Translations under genes and position numbers: made by a program
Assembly (NCBI GenBank): GCA_051942245.1
Contig: JAVECL010000063.1
Location: 1 to 64,000, forward strand
Source: Trypethelium eluteriae
Taxonomy: Eukaryota
DNA: 64,000 nucleotides
Reading direction: 5' to 3'
In this document: piece after piece, positions 1 through 13,427 of the stretch
Layout: each line of letters opens with the position of its first letter
Numbering within the stretch: the stretch's first letter is position 1
The notes under the pieces: generated by a model
What the model saw: only the letters and a program-made list of their open reading frames with translations
Told to the model about the DNA's origin: nothing
The model's database searches: none

Positions 1-173
1 GTGGTTGTGGTGGAGGAGGGCATACTAGGCGCATAACGAGTGATGGGAGTGGAGGCGGGATGATGGGTGGCAGTGGCGGCTTTGGTGGTGGGAAGGGTCG
101 GGTGAGCTCGGTGATGCCGGGGGCAGGAGGCGTGAGGGGGAGTATGGTTGCGGGAAAGGGTGCTTGGAGGTGA
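1..173 (+). CDS. Probable 3' end of a gene entering from the left (Gly-rich C-terminus ...GSMVAGKGAWR*)
   Basis: Frame open from position 3 to TGA at 171-173; G-rich composition like the 3' ends of other genes here. No family recognised. Confidence 0.35.
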   Translation, partial: GCGGGGHTRRITSDGSGGGMMGGSGGFGGGKGRVSSVMPGAGGVRGSMVAGKGAWR

Positions 174-761
174 GAGATGAGTCCGATACTGCTGCGGATG
201 AGAGGAGGGTGTTTTGCCTTCGCCCTGGACTGTCTGAGGCGCTTTAGGGAGATACTGAAGGTGGATATGATTTACCTGGACTCAAGCTGATGGTCGGGTG
301 CGCATTCATGCGACGCTTGCGAAATGCTTTCCAGGACTCTCTGCTGGCTGATGCAAGCACGATCTGTTCATACTTCATGGCCGGCGTATGGTGGATCGGG
401 GCGAGACACAGGCGTCGAGATTCATTTTGTCCTTGGCATTTTGCCATTCTTCGAGATGTAATACCACACGAGCAATCCGAAGGGCATGGCCTTTCCGGAG
501 TCTTCTATGATCAGATCATAAGTACAGCTGTAGGATCATTTGCTTCAAATGTTAACCGTCAAAGTTTTTGCATCCTGTCTATGTTTCCAACTAATGGCTG
601 GACGTTTAACATACATTGCTTTCGCTCGAAGAACACAGATCTACATTAGAAGCATCTGGAGTCTGTCCATCGATCTGATTGTATGGAAGTCTTAGCCGAC
701 GCCTCATTGTTATTGCCCTTGCATAACACGATAATGCGGAAATTTTGAGTCGTTTTGCCCT

Positions 762-1931
762 TCAAGCTTGCACTCCAGGCGTGTCAGCAATGCGGAACAC
801 GTATTTGATCGCGCTCGCCTTGCCATCCTTCAATTTCTGCAAGGCACCCTGGACGCCTTCCAGACCTCCTTTCTGGACTTCGTGCGGTTGCGGCTTGAAC
901 CAGCCGTCCTGTAAACCCTTTCCGATATAACGGAAAAGCGTAAAGGCAAAGTCTTTGTCTTCACCATGAGATGATCCAACCATGGTCGTAGTCTTGTGGA
1001 TGGTGGATGGGATCGCGGAATAGTCTCCACGGGATAGGACGAGGGTAATATGACCATTAGGAGCGAGGGCTTTACTGATATTCTGAAGGGGCAATTCAGT
1101 AAGCTACCGTGCTCGAGGAGACAAACAAACAAAAGCGGTGAAAGACAGAAGAATATTAGAGAATGGGAAGCAAACCTCAAAAGAGCCCTTTTCGCTCACG
1201 GCATCGTACGCATACTCCAAAGTCCTACCCTTCAGGGCATCTTTGATACCCTGTACAGTTGCCTCATCTCCCTGCCTGTAATCCACGATCGTGTCCCCTT
1301 TGCTCCTATCAATCAGCTGCTCCACATAAGATGCTCCACCACCCGCCACCACGATCTGGGGATGTATCTGGCTTCTCTGTGCAAACTGAATCGTATACGC
1401 CCCTACTGCACTACTTCCTCCATAGATCAACAGCGGAATGTCTTTCTCGCCGGGCTTCCATGGCTCTGGCAGGCCTAGACGCACGTAGAGCCCTATGGCT
1501 GCAGTCATTGCTGCAAGCGGGATGGCAGCGGCTTCCTCGTATGTGGTCTTCTGCGGGATGTGAAAGGTAGTGTGAGCCCATGCAACAGCGTACTCGGCGT
1601 AAGAGCCGCCAGGAGTGCGCATCTCGTGGAATGCAGCGACACGGTCGCCGACCTTGAATTCAGTGACGTTTTGGCCAACGGAGGCGATGGTACCGGCGAT
1701 GTCGTCGCCTTGGTTTAGTTCGCTCCCTAGCCATTCGGGCCCTTTCCACTGGGAGAGTTTTAGTCCTCATGTTGAAGCAGAATTCATGAAGGTATGAGGG
1801 AAGCGTACGTCTTTGGGGTTACTTCCGCTGACCACGACCTTGATCACGACTTGGTCGTCATTGGGACGAGGGATTTCGGAGTCAATGATCTTGACCTTGG
1901 GGCCGGCGCTCACGATAGCTTCCTTCATCAT
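762..1931 (-). CDS. Medium-chain (MDR) quinone/enoyl reductase-like oxidoreductase, 2 introns
   Basis: Exon 1 MKEAIVSAGPKV...VVVSGSNPKD; intron 1808-1749 joins to WKG; GDDIAG, GDRVAAFH, GGSYAEYA, EEAAAIPLA, IYGGSSAVG, C-terminal GKASAIKYV. Confidence 0.9.
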
Positions 1932-2500
1932 GAAATATGTAGACTACTGGCCTTTCTTTGACAGGATTCCACTTAACCAAGACTTTTGGGCCAGAGTAGC
2001 TTTGAGACCTCTTGATTAGAGAATAAGAGAATACTAAGATTAAATATGAGAGAAGAAAAGCCTAATCCATTACAAGGCCCCACCTTAAGAATTCGCCATT
2101 ATTCAGCGACCTGTAACACAGGAGGGGCTTTAGTGGGCGATCTCCATGGCATCATTCAATCGCCGCAAGGTACGAAGTACCTTTTAGGTATTTCAGACGT
2201 CATCACCAAGACGACTCCATCGATTGTTCTATAATACAGGGATGTGCCTGACACGAAAAGATATGCGGACTATGGACGCCTTTCCTGAAACTGAGCGGAT
2301 ATTGAATATAAGAAATTATCTCCGTTTTTACCGGAGACTGGTTCGTATGAAGTTGGCCGAATCGCGGAGATCAGCTTGTGAGGGACGAAGCTTGAGTGGC
2401 ACGAATGGCTTCAGTAAGGTAAGGTATTCAGTGGCTTCCCGCAGCTCCATCAGCTAGAAACAGCTCTGGGGCGGTGAAGTCCGGCAGAAATAAAATACAA

Positions 2501-2506
2501 GAGTCA
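2501..2506 (-). promoter_or_regulatory. Possible Gcn4/CpcA site (TGACTC) about 100 bp upstream of LYS1
   Basis: GAGTCA on + strand. Cross-pathway control of lysine genes is established, but a hexamer can occur by chance. Confidence 0.35.
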
Positions 2507-2602
2507 GCCAACTCCGACATTCGGCATGCGTGAACAGAAATTGGAGTCTCAACATTTGTAATCTATTCTTGTCTACCGGCCGATCATCAGCACGAAGTCT
2601 CA

Positions 2603-3941
<1,339 letters not shown>

Positions 3942-4647
3942 AGATATTGACAACAAGATGAGGTTTTGTTTGTGCCCAAGCCTTGATAGATAGCGCGGAA
4001 AAATAGAAGAAATAAGGTTAGAATGAGCCCCACATGGTAACATGAAATCAGCTGCGATGCAGGTTGCATGCATCGTGGCCAACTCTGGAGAGTTCTTTCC
4101 AAGGAATGCAACTACCCCACATCGAAGCGTTGGATCGGACGCTATCATCATTTGTCGACAGATCCACACAGGATGAATCGACCTGCAGGATACTGCAATC
4201 AGTCTTAAAACTGACGATGGCGACATGTGTGCACTGATACACCACCTTAAGCCTCCGTTTGGCCGCTATTTCTTAGCATGGTTACGTCATCGAATTAAAA
4301 GCTACAAGCATCTTGCCTAGCTCTTACAAGCCCGATCCCAATCTTGACACGACGAATGAGATGAAGCTTCTTTTCCCTAGCAAGTCTTAGCTTGGCAAAT
4401 AGAGCATAATATCGGCAGCGGCAGGTAGATCATCTCGAACACCTCGACCGTTAGCCCTGAACGGCATGTAAATAGCCAGCTCCAATTCGTTTCTCTGTGC
4501 AAGTTTGCAAGCCTGCCTCGTTAGGCTTCTTATGCCAGGCACAATGAGTACTGCGGCTATTTATATACAGAAGATTGTACCACTCGGTACAATGGAACAG
4601 CTCGTCTATCCGAACTCGTTCTCGCGCAGGTGCTTTTACCAGTTAAG

Positions 4648-5712
4648 ATGTTCTCTCACATTAAGGCACATTTCTTGCTAGCTCTCATCACTCTCTTCAA
4701 CCTCTCCCTCTCAATTTCACCATCCCTACAACAAAACCAAGATACTCCCCTTCCGGTAACCCAAATCTTCCAATTCCCCCACGGCGGCTACGTTGAAGGC
4801 CTCGCCTTCCGCTCCAATGGCAAACTCCTCGGCACCCTCCTCAACCCCGAAGCCTCAATCTACCAATTCGACACGACCGCCTTCAGCGCTCGAAAAGTAA
4901 CCACGATCCCCTACATCACCGGCTTATACGGCATTACTGAAACTACGACCGACCAATTCTACGTTGCGGGAGGCAATCTAAGCCTCACAGCTTCCACGCG
5001 GGATCTCGGGAGTTTTCGAATCTGGCATGTCAATTTGACTTCCTTTGATCATGAGGGGCAGGTGAAGGTGCAGGAGACGACGCGATTCGCCAACGCAACG
5101 CCAAACGGACTGTGGACCTTGGATGCAGAGAAGGGCGTGCTTTTGGCAACGGATAGTACGAATGGGGTTGTGTATCGGGTCGATGTCGCGACGGGGGAGA
5201 ATCGGATCACGATTGATGATCCGGTGCTCAAGCCCCCGGCGAACGCGACGACGTATCCGAGTCCGAATGGAATCGCGGTGAGAGGTGGGTATTTGTATTT
5301 CACGAATACGGGAGCGGGCACGTTTGGGCGGGTGGCAATTGATGCGGACGGGGTGCAGTCGGGGCCGGGGGAGGTGCTGGCTGTGCTTGCAGGGGGGAAT
5401 CCAGGAGGTGATGATTGGACGTTTGATGCAGAGGGGAATGTGTTTGTAGCGGGGAATCCGAATAATTGGCTTGGGCTGCTGCGGGCTACGAGGAATGAGA
5501 CTTTTAGTCCAATTGAGATTGTTGCGGGGGGTACGAATCGGACAGATTTGCTTGGACCGAATACAGCGCGCTTTGGTGTGACCGATGAGGATGTTAAGAG
5601 GAGAAGTTTGTATATTGGGACGAGTGGTGGGTTGCCGCAGTATCGTAGTGGAAATTACACTAATGGTGGAGGGCTGTATCGGGTTGATACTGGCGTGCTT
5701 GGACTGAGCTGA
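4648..5712 (+). CDS. Secreted six-bladed beta-propeller protein (SMP-30/gluconolactonase-like)
   Basis: Signal-peptide-like N-terminus from ATG 4648; EGLAFRSNGKLL, PNG repeats, LLATDS..GVVYRVD, YLYFTN, GDDWTFD; single exon. Confidence 0.8.
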   Translation: MFSHIKAHFLLALITLFNLSLSISPSLQQNQDTPLPVTQIFQFPHGGYVEGLAFRSNGKLLGTLLNPEASIYQFDTTAFSARKVTTIPYITGLYGITETTTDQFYVAGGNLSLTASTRDLGSFRIWHVNLTSFDHEGQVKVQETTRFANATPNGLWTLDAEKGVLLATDSTNGVVYRVDVATGENRITIDDPVLKPPANATTYPSPNGIAVRGGYLYFTNTGAGTFGRVAIDADGVQSGPGEVLAVLAGGNPGGDDWTFDAEGNVFVAGNPNNWLGLLRATRNETFSPIEIVAGGTNRTDLLGPNTARFGVTDEDVKRRSLYIGTSGGLPQYRSGNYTNGGGLYRVDTGVLGLS

Positions 5713-6129
5713 TAGATAAAGATAAAAGCACGTGTAGACTGTGAGCTAGCGCGAATGCTGAGCTAGGCCGATTATATTGGAGTTTGTCTTCTATATCACC
5801 GCTTAGGGTAGATCATTGCGGTGCTAGCGCAGATGAAAAGTCTTCATCCCGCCGGAGCAGCAGATTATACAGCTCTATAAGAAGCTATGGGCGGACACTT
5901 TACATTAGGCTGTAGCCGCTGACCAACTCCGGATCGACTCGCCAACGCCGTTATCCGACCGAATCCTTAACCCATGAGTAGCAAGCAGCAAAGCAAAGAC
6001 CAGAGGTATTCAGACCTTCAAATAACAAGGAGATTTTATTGTGGAGGAAGCAGATGGGCTAATATAGTGCTCTCGGCATTGGAAATGATGAGATGGCCAA
6101 CAAAAGTGCGGCAGCCGATCTATCGAGCT

Positions 6130-7345
6130 TCAGTCATCTTCCTGCATCTCGTCAGGACGCGGGGGCTCGATCGGGAACGGCGCTCGTCCAAAGACGTTGG
6201 GCATGGAGGGTTGCACGTCGCCCAGATACATGTCATCAAGTAGCTGCCATATTCTCCGTCGATTTGCGAGGCCCATTGGTACGTCCGTCAGTGGTTGGCC
6301 CTTGTCAAAGGCATTTGGTTGTGCTAATTGCCGAGCAAGCAGTTCCCAATCCCATCTGGAATCTTCTGATCCGTCTGGAGCTGCATCTTTCTCTCGGATG
6401 ACTACAGGATCCAGGTCCCACAGATATGGTATGAGCTTGCCGCTTAACAAACCTGCTCGCCAGACTGGGGGAGGTAGTACGTATTTCGTGGAAGTCTCTG
6501 TCAGTGGATTGAGAAAAGATATGGCGTGGTCCAGCATCTCATTAGGCAGCTACGCGAGGCGGGCCTTGAGCTCCTTCTGCTCTGGAGAAAGAGGCTTCGC
6601 TCGATTACCCTTGAACTCTTGTAGATGTCGGAGGATTGTCGTGGTCAGGTCTGGGATGTTCAGAGGATCTGCCTCCACAATCTGGAAAGCAAGATTTGTA
6701 TCAGCTCCAAGAAAAGCGCATTGTCTGCATAACTGCTGTTCCTCGCAATGCTGACACAGCTCTCAAAGACACAAGGAGAGTCTTCTTGCTCACCGGTATG
6801 TTGAAGCTCCACTCTGGCTCAGCAAAGGTCTTTGGCATGTAATAGTCGTGCGGTTCGGTCAAGCGATATGCTGGGCCATCTGGAGCTCCCATGTCCTTGG
6901 TCCGAACCCTAAATCGATGATGGAGACATTGCCAGACATGTCTTAAAGTCCAGATCTGACCTGGACTTCTCAGAAGACCCTTGTAAGGCTGACGTCGGAA
7001 AAGATTTCGCTTAAGTACTGCCAGGCACGAACTGTGTGTGGCCAGATAGAAGTCCTTGGTAAAGGACATAAACTGATTCTTGCAGTGCACTCTGACTTGC
7101 TCTCCATCATCAGACAGTCGCAGCAGCGTATCATGGATCACTGTGGCGGCATGCTCCTCAACTTCTTTGCCCTCATCCGGCGAGTCCTTCAACACAACTG
7201 CATCCTCCCACCAAGGAATCTTAGTAGCCTAAACTCCGATCAGAAAACGGCAACATATGGCACGAGAAGTACACACGAACCTTTTCTGTTCCAGCAATGG
7301 TGCGCCACAGATGGCGCAGTATAGTATCTCCTCGTCTTCGGACAT
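6130..7345 (-). pseudogene. F-box-like gene with an in-frame TAG
   Basis: Starts MSEDEEILYCAICG; spliced frame runs EADPLNIPDLT...KARLA*LPNEMLDHAISFL...LPPPVWR...LIPYLWD...WDWELLARQL...GLANRRRIWQLL. Stop at 6552-6550. The first intron boundary is uncertain. Confidence 0.6.
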
Positions 7346-8436
7346 GGTAGAAGCTCAACTTCGCAAAGTAGTCATGAAAAGCTAGGGATCACAAAAATTA
7401 TGCTTTGTTTTGTGGGTATCAGTAGTGAATAGTTTCCTAGCGTTTGGTCAAGCAAAATGACGTCAATCAGCACTGAGATGGTGAATTGATACCCACTTCG
7501 GATACAATAAAATTGGGGTTCAGTAGTAATAACAATAGTAAAAGATTAGCCTTAGAAAAGGTCAGGCTCTTTTAGTAAAGTACTATGAGATTAAGGACAT
7601 TGGGATACAATGTTTTACAAAAGATTATACACTCTTCTAGTACATCTATCAGACGGCAGGCTCACGAGTGGTAAGGACTCACCTCGCCAGTGGGCGGAAG
7701 AATTCATGGAGCCACGTCGCTCACCACAATTTGGTGAGGCCCTTCCTAAAACGTCGTGTCAATGACCAAAACTTTACTAAAACTTTATTCTAGATCTGCT
7801 CAATAGCATTCGATACCTTCTATCCCTGTAGATGATATCTCGTGGAGAGAAGTTCGGTGCCAAGACAATACATACAAATTTGTAGGAGGTGGGCGGGCGG
7901 GATTCCGCCGCGTGACTCCGGGATTTCTTGTGCCCCCTGGACGATCTGGAACATCTCCTAGAGTACCTATCACGCCTATCTCTATAAGTTCATGCTAAAC
8001 TGCGTCACTGCGCGCTCGCGGCCTCTTCTGCAGCTGAAGCTCGCGGCTTGGTATTCTCGTCGTACCACAATAGCTGACTCCAGGCGAGAACTGCCAAGCT
8101 GGTGGCTGAGACGCTGAAGCTTGTATAGGAAGCTTCAAAGAATGCCAAGGCTGATCACCTTCCCTCTTAGACGTAACTTGCGCTTGGCACAAGATATCGC
8201 GAATGCGACGTCCGCGATACCCCGCAGCTATTAACGGTAGGATGCAAACTGTAGGATCAATCTATCGTATATGCTATGTTACATCATCAGGAGCAACAGT
8301 TAAGATATGAACAAACAGCTCCCACTGGCATGGCTGCATCCCAGTGCTTCGTTCCGTCTTCGAACGACCCTGCTCATCTCCCAGTGCACGCCTTTGTTTC
8401 TGTTCTATTTGATTCCCCAATCCACTGACTTTAGCC

Positions 8437-10389
8437 ATGGAGCATATCGCTCCCGTGACACATCCAGCCCCAGAGCTGGATGTCGTGACCGAGCAGCAGA
8501 TGAAGAGGCTATCTGTCTCGAGTAGTACCGAAAAGCCGAAGGTCATGGAGCGCACTTGGGGCTTCGCCGCTCGTGTCGACAGCACGGTGACGTACGAAGA
8601 GTACCTCTACTGGGCTAAGCTCGAGCGAGAGATGGAGGTCGAGGAGAACAAAGGGTTCCAGGCTGAGCACGGCTCTCCTCTCAAAGATTCAATCAAAAAC
8701 GCCTTCTCGAGCGCTGGTCGAAAGAAGGCAAAAGCAGACAAGGAGGCCCGACTCCAGACCTTGAGGGAGCTTGATGAGAAGAAGGGACCCTCTGGCGTTA
8801 TCACGGGGTCTGACAAAGACCAGTCGGAAGTGTCTGCGTTCAAAGTCTCTGACGCGGAATGGCGCACTGCTGCTCGAGCACTTCGAACTGCAAGCTGGGG
8901 CCAGATGTTCTTCCTTATTACCACAGACATCCTCGGTTGGTCTGGCGCACCGTAAGCACTTGTCGAGATACACGTAAAAACAGATGGTGAATGACAGTTT
9001 AATGTAGGTTCGTTTTTGCCAGTGTAGGGTACGGCACGGGTGTAGCTCTTTACCTGATCTTCGGCATCTTCGCTGCTTGGGGCGGCTGGGTGATCTGGAA
9101 GACTTTCCTCGACCTCGACTCGTCACGCTACCCAATGCAAAGCTTTGGCGATCCATTCTTACGCCTCTTTGGCGTGAGAGCGCGCCATTTCATCAACGTT
9201 GCCCAGTCGCTCCAGCAATTCTTCACGGTGGCCATCTTAATTTTCAGCAAGTCCTTGAACATTGAGCAGATCGCCCACTCGAGTGTCTGCTTCGTAGGCA
9301 TGATGCTTGTCATCATGGCTGTTGGAATGCTCGGAGGATTCATTCGCAGCCTCCGCAAGATCGGCTGGATCTCCAACGCCGCCGTGTGGATGAATATCGT
9401 AAACTTCGTCATCTGGTCAGTCTTTCTCCCCTAACCACCCCATCTCCATCATTTCCTAATTACCTCTCAACAGCATGGTAGCAGCCGCCCACTTCGCTCC
9501 CTACTACCCCGCCATCACGAAATCCACCCTCATCCAAACCATCGAACCCATCAAAGTCTTCGCGGGCATCCCACCTGACCAATACCAACAACAGTCCCCT
9601 GGCTTCGCAGCCACGTTCAATGCCGTCAACACCATGGTCTATGCCTACGCCGGCGCGCTACTCTTCGTCGCCTTCCTCTCCGAGATGCGCCACCCGCTTG
9701 ACTTCTGGAAAGGCATGTTCCTTGCACAAGCCTTCATCTGCCTCGTGTACATGTTCTTCGGCGTCTTCGTCTATTCCTTCTATGGGCAATACTCCGCAAA
9801 CAACATCGTCAACGTTGTGAACCCATATGGGCTGCAGACTGCCGGAAACATCCTTAGATTACTCTCTGGCTGGATCGCCATTATCATGTACTTCAACATC
9901 GGCATGAAGACCGTCTACCTCGAAGTCTTCCAAGCCATTTTCAAATTCCCTTCAATCGTTGAAAGGAAGGGCAGGATCCTCTGGTACCTCCTGGGACCCT
10001 GCTACTGGATCCTGGCCTTTGTCGTGGCGGGCGCCGTCCCGAATCTGAACGGCATCGTTTCCCTCGTTGGTGCTGTCTTCATGATGAACTTCACGTACAC
10101 CTTCCCGGGCATGATGTATATGAGCGGCATTATCCACAAGGCTGCTGAGCTGCCTGGTGAAGGATTTAACCCAGCTACGCGCGAGACGATCAGGCACGAT
10201 GATGGCCTGAAGAGGTGGATCAGAGGCTACAAGAAGACTTGGTTCAGGAGTACTGTCGCATTCATTTACGTCCTTCTAGGCCTTGCATGCTGTGGAATGG
10301 GTACTTGGGCTGCGATTGAAGGGTTGATTGATGTTTTTGGCCCGGGTGGAACGGTGGCTGTTAGCTTTGGGTGTCCTGTGCCTGTGTAG
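8437..10389 (+). CDS. Neutral amino-acid permease (Aa_trans/mtr-like), 2 introns
   Basis: TYEEYLYWA, RALRTASWGQMFFLITTDILG, AYAGALLFVAFLSEMRHPLDFWK; many transmembrane segments. Confidence 0.9.
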
Positions 10390-10916
10390 TTCTAATGCAG
10401 TCGTTGTGAAGGACGACAGGACTACGGACTGACTTTGGCTAAATTGAGCCGAGAATAAGCCGGATATAATCTTACTGAGTCATCTCATCAAATCAGCTAA
10501 CCTAGCTGGGTGTATGGGGAGGCCACTTTTTGTGTGAATATTCAGAATCTGTCAACAGAGTACTCAAAGGAATGAAATCTATCAGACAAGTTGATTTGAA
10601 TTAGCATCAAAGCTGACAGGTCCTTGGGTATTTCATATTTTCACCATGATGCATTTCGCGATATCTGACAGTCTTTTGCCCTACCGTATATGGAATTCAG
10701 CTTGGGCAGGGATTATTTGTCACCCCTCCATGACGCAATCAATTTTTGACACTCCACTGGCTCGTTTCGCTATATCAATCTCATCACCAACCTCTGCATA
10801 AATAAGTCATTCTACAATCCCATCAACATTTCAAAATTCCTCCGAAAAAACCTACAGTCTCTCCGAGACTCACCAATTTCCTACTACTTGCCTTGACCCT
10901 TATTGTTGTCCCTATC

Positions 10917-11642
10917 ATGGCATCCCTCTTCTCTCGCATCTTCCGCCCGTTCAGCTCGACATCCTTGCGCTTGACTCCTGAACAAGCCGCGATGAACGTT
11001 CCTGAGGGGGCGCAGAAGGCAACTGTTGCAGCAGGATGTTTCTGGGGCGTGGAGCACATGTATAGGCACACATTTGACGGGAAGGGGTTGCTAGACGCGC
11101 GAGTTGGGTACTGCGGTGGCGACAGCAAGAACCCAGGCTACAGAGAAGTCTGCAGTGGGCGAACAGGGCGTACGACATCCCCTCTCCTATCATGAAGTCT
11201 TCTGCTGATAGGATGTTCTTCAATGCAGATGCCGAAGCTCTTCAAGTAGTCTTTGATCCCAAACAGGTCACCTATCGCCAACTCCTCGAATTCTTCTACC
11301 GTATGCACGATCCCACTACGATGAACCGCCAAGGTCCAGACACTGGCTCTCAATACCGAAGCGCAATTTTCTTCCATGATGAGGAGCAGGAGAAGGTGGC
11401 AAAAGAGGTGACGGAGAAAGTGCAGAAGGAATGGTGGAAGGACGGGAAGGTGGTCACAGAAGTGCTGCCCGGGGGGGAGTGGTACGATGCGGAGACATAT
11501 CACCAGAAGTATCTAGATGTGAATCCGGGCGGATATGAGGTGAGTTACAGCCCAAATTGTAGCGTGCGGCCGTGATAGCGATACTGACAAATTGTAGTGT
11601 CCGAGCCACTTTTTGAGAAAATTTCCTCCTCTTTCTGCTTAA
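10917..11642 (+). CDS. msrA: Peptide methionine sulfoxide reductase A, 2 introns
   Basis: GCFWG active site, EVCSGRTG, FFYRMHDPTT.NRQG.D.GSQYRSAIF, AETYHQKYL; last exon CPSHFLRKFPPLSA*. Confidence 0.95.
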
Positions 11643-12149
11643 GCAAGTCGATGGTCCCTTCTTGTAAAATTTAATGCATGATATAGAGTTTTGTTTGTAT
11701 CTTTTTCTATTCTCTGCAAACCAAACTCAAAGTTTGTGAACGACGTTGCATGAATTTACGTCTCGCTTCCCTACTGAGTAACATTGCAGCCTGGTCAAAT
11801 CAGAGTGCTCAGGGGCAAAAATTTCCCTCAACCCCCATATATTCCCGTCTCCATTGAGCTCTGTCTCTCTGGCTAGATACCACCGTGTGCGTTTGTTGAG
11901 AGAGCGTACACGGAGGAGAAATTAGTTTCCATTTGCTCAAATGTCTGTAGACACGGTTTATTGCTGCTGTGACACTAGACGCTCGGTATTGATACTAGCT
12001 CTTTTCAGAGCATACACCTTTCAAGAGAAATTAGAACGATGATCTCAACACTGGACCATGAATGTACAAAAACAACATTGTGCATTGGTTCAAATACAAG
12101 CTGTATCACTGCTACAGCCAGTGAATGAGGCGCTAGAAATGTCCGTATC

Positions 12150-13427
12150 CTACACCGCAGGACCAGCCCCAATATACAGCCTATAGCTCCCAAAGGGCCC
12201 CTTCCGCTTATCCGTATTATTGTATTGCCGACTTGGGCTATACTCCAATTGATTCGTACAAAAGTACAGGCAGCCATCCAGAATCGCCGCAGAGTCCGCA
12301 TGTTGGATCAAACCACTTCTCACCAATGTTTTCACGACATAATTGTCCGGCTCCACAAGTCCGCTGCCTCCAGGTGGTGTTCCATTCACAGTTTCATTAA
12401 CGTACTGCTGCAGCGTATCCACGTAGTAAATCGCATTCTGCTCGCTTCCCGTGATGTACAGCCTCCCCTTATCATCCGCTGTCAACCCGGCCTGCTCACT
12501 CCCCAACTGGCCTGGAAAAACGACCGCATTCAGCACCTCCTGATCTGAGAGCGAGAAGTCTGCCATCACGCTCTGGGGGACGTAGTAGAAGCGCCGCGAT
12601 GCCAGCACGCCCCAGTAGACGTTTCCAGACTGCAGCGCGATGCCGTCGCTACCCGTGTTGATGAAGGACTTGGTCGTGCCGTTCCAGCTGTAGACTGGCT
12701 GTCCATCGTACGAGCCGACATAGCCAGGGTCTGCCATTACTACCGAGGTATTGTAGAGGCGCTTCGTCCACGTGCCGTCCGTGAGGTTGCAGGCGAGAAT
12801 GCCGCCGCCTTTGGACTCGTCCGTTAGGAAGGCGAAGCCGCCTGTGCCAAGGGTATTGTTGATGCGGACATCATTGGCATTGGTGCCGTTGGCTAGGAGG
12901 GCAGTGGGAATGGTGTAGGTGCGGATGAGGGAGGCGTTGGTGGAAAGGTTGAAGGCCATGATCTTAGCACCACCTGGAATCGCCATGTTGGGATTCGTAT
13001 AGTTGATACCGCTGTCAATGGCCCACATAACGTTCTGTGAGTCTAGCACAACATTTTGGACGTTGATGAAACAGGTGCTGGGGTCCTGACCCGCGGTGCA
13101 ATTTTGGATGTCGGCATTTGGCCAGGGCTCCTCGTCTGTGAAGCTCTTTGCTATCGTCACTTGGGACGGAGTAAGCCCAGTGTTCCGTGGGTAGGTAAGG
13201 TAGAGGTTCTTAGCATTGTCGAGGGCAAGACCGGTTGGCGGTTGGACGGATTGATGGACTGCTTGAAGAGGAGGTCCGATGATTGTGAAACTGTCAGGCG
13301 AGGAGTAGGGCACAGTGCTGTTGTCCTCACAGCTGGCACCTTGGTATGGTGGGCACACAGGAAAGAGGCAGTCCTGGGCGGCTGTAGCTGCTGTAAGCAA
13401 CGTAAGGAGAGTACCCAGTAACATCAT
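12150..13427 (-). CDS. Secreted major royal jelly protein/yellow-like beta-propeller
   Basis: Signal peptide; LYLTYPR, EEPWPN, FINVQNVVLD, WAIDSG, GGAKIMAFNL, NDVR, AFLTD, GSDGIAL; single 425-aa ORF. Confidence 0.85.
   Translation of the reverse strand: MMLLGTLLTLLTAATAAQDCLFPVCPPYQGASCEDNSTVPYSSPDSFTIIGPPLQAVHQSVQPPTGLALDNAKNLYLTYPRNTGLTPSQVTIAKSFTDEEPWPNADIQNCTAGQDPSTCFINVQNVVLDSQNVMWAIDSGINYTNPNMAIPGGAKIMAFNLSTNASLIRTYTIPTALLANGTNANDVRINNTLGTGGFAFLTDESKGGGILACNLTDGTWTKRLYNTSVVMADPGYVGSYDGQPVYSWNGTTKSFINTGSDGIALQSGNVYWGVLASRRFYYVPQSVMADFSLSDQEVLNAVVFPGQLGSEQAGLTADDKGRLYITGSEQNAIYYVDTLQQYVNETVNGTPPGGSGLVEPDNYVVKTLVRSGLIQHADSAAILDGCLYFCTNQLEYSPSRQYNNTDKRKGPFGSYRLYIGAGPAV

Noticed and set aside
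7913..8080. Two TGACTC hexamers upstream of the amino-acid permease
   Set aside because: Plausible CpcA/Gcn4 sites but too short to tell from chance, and unremarkable if real.
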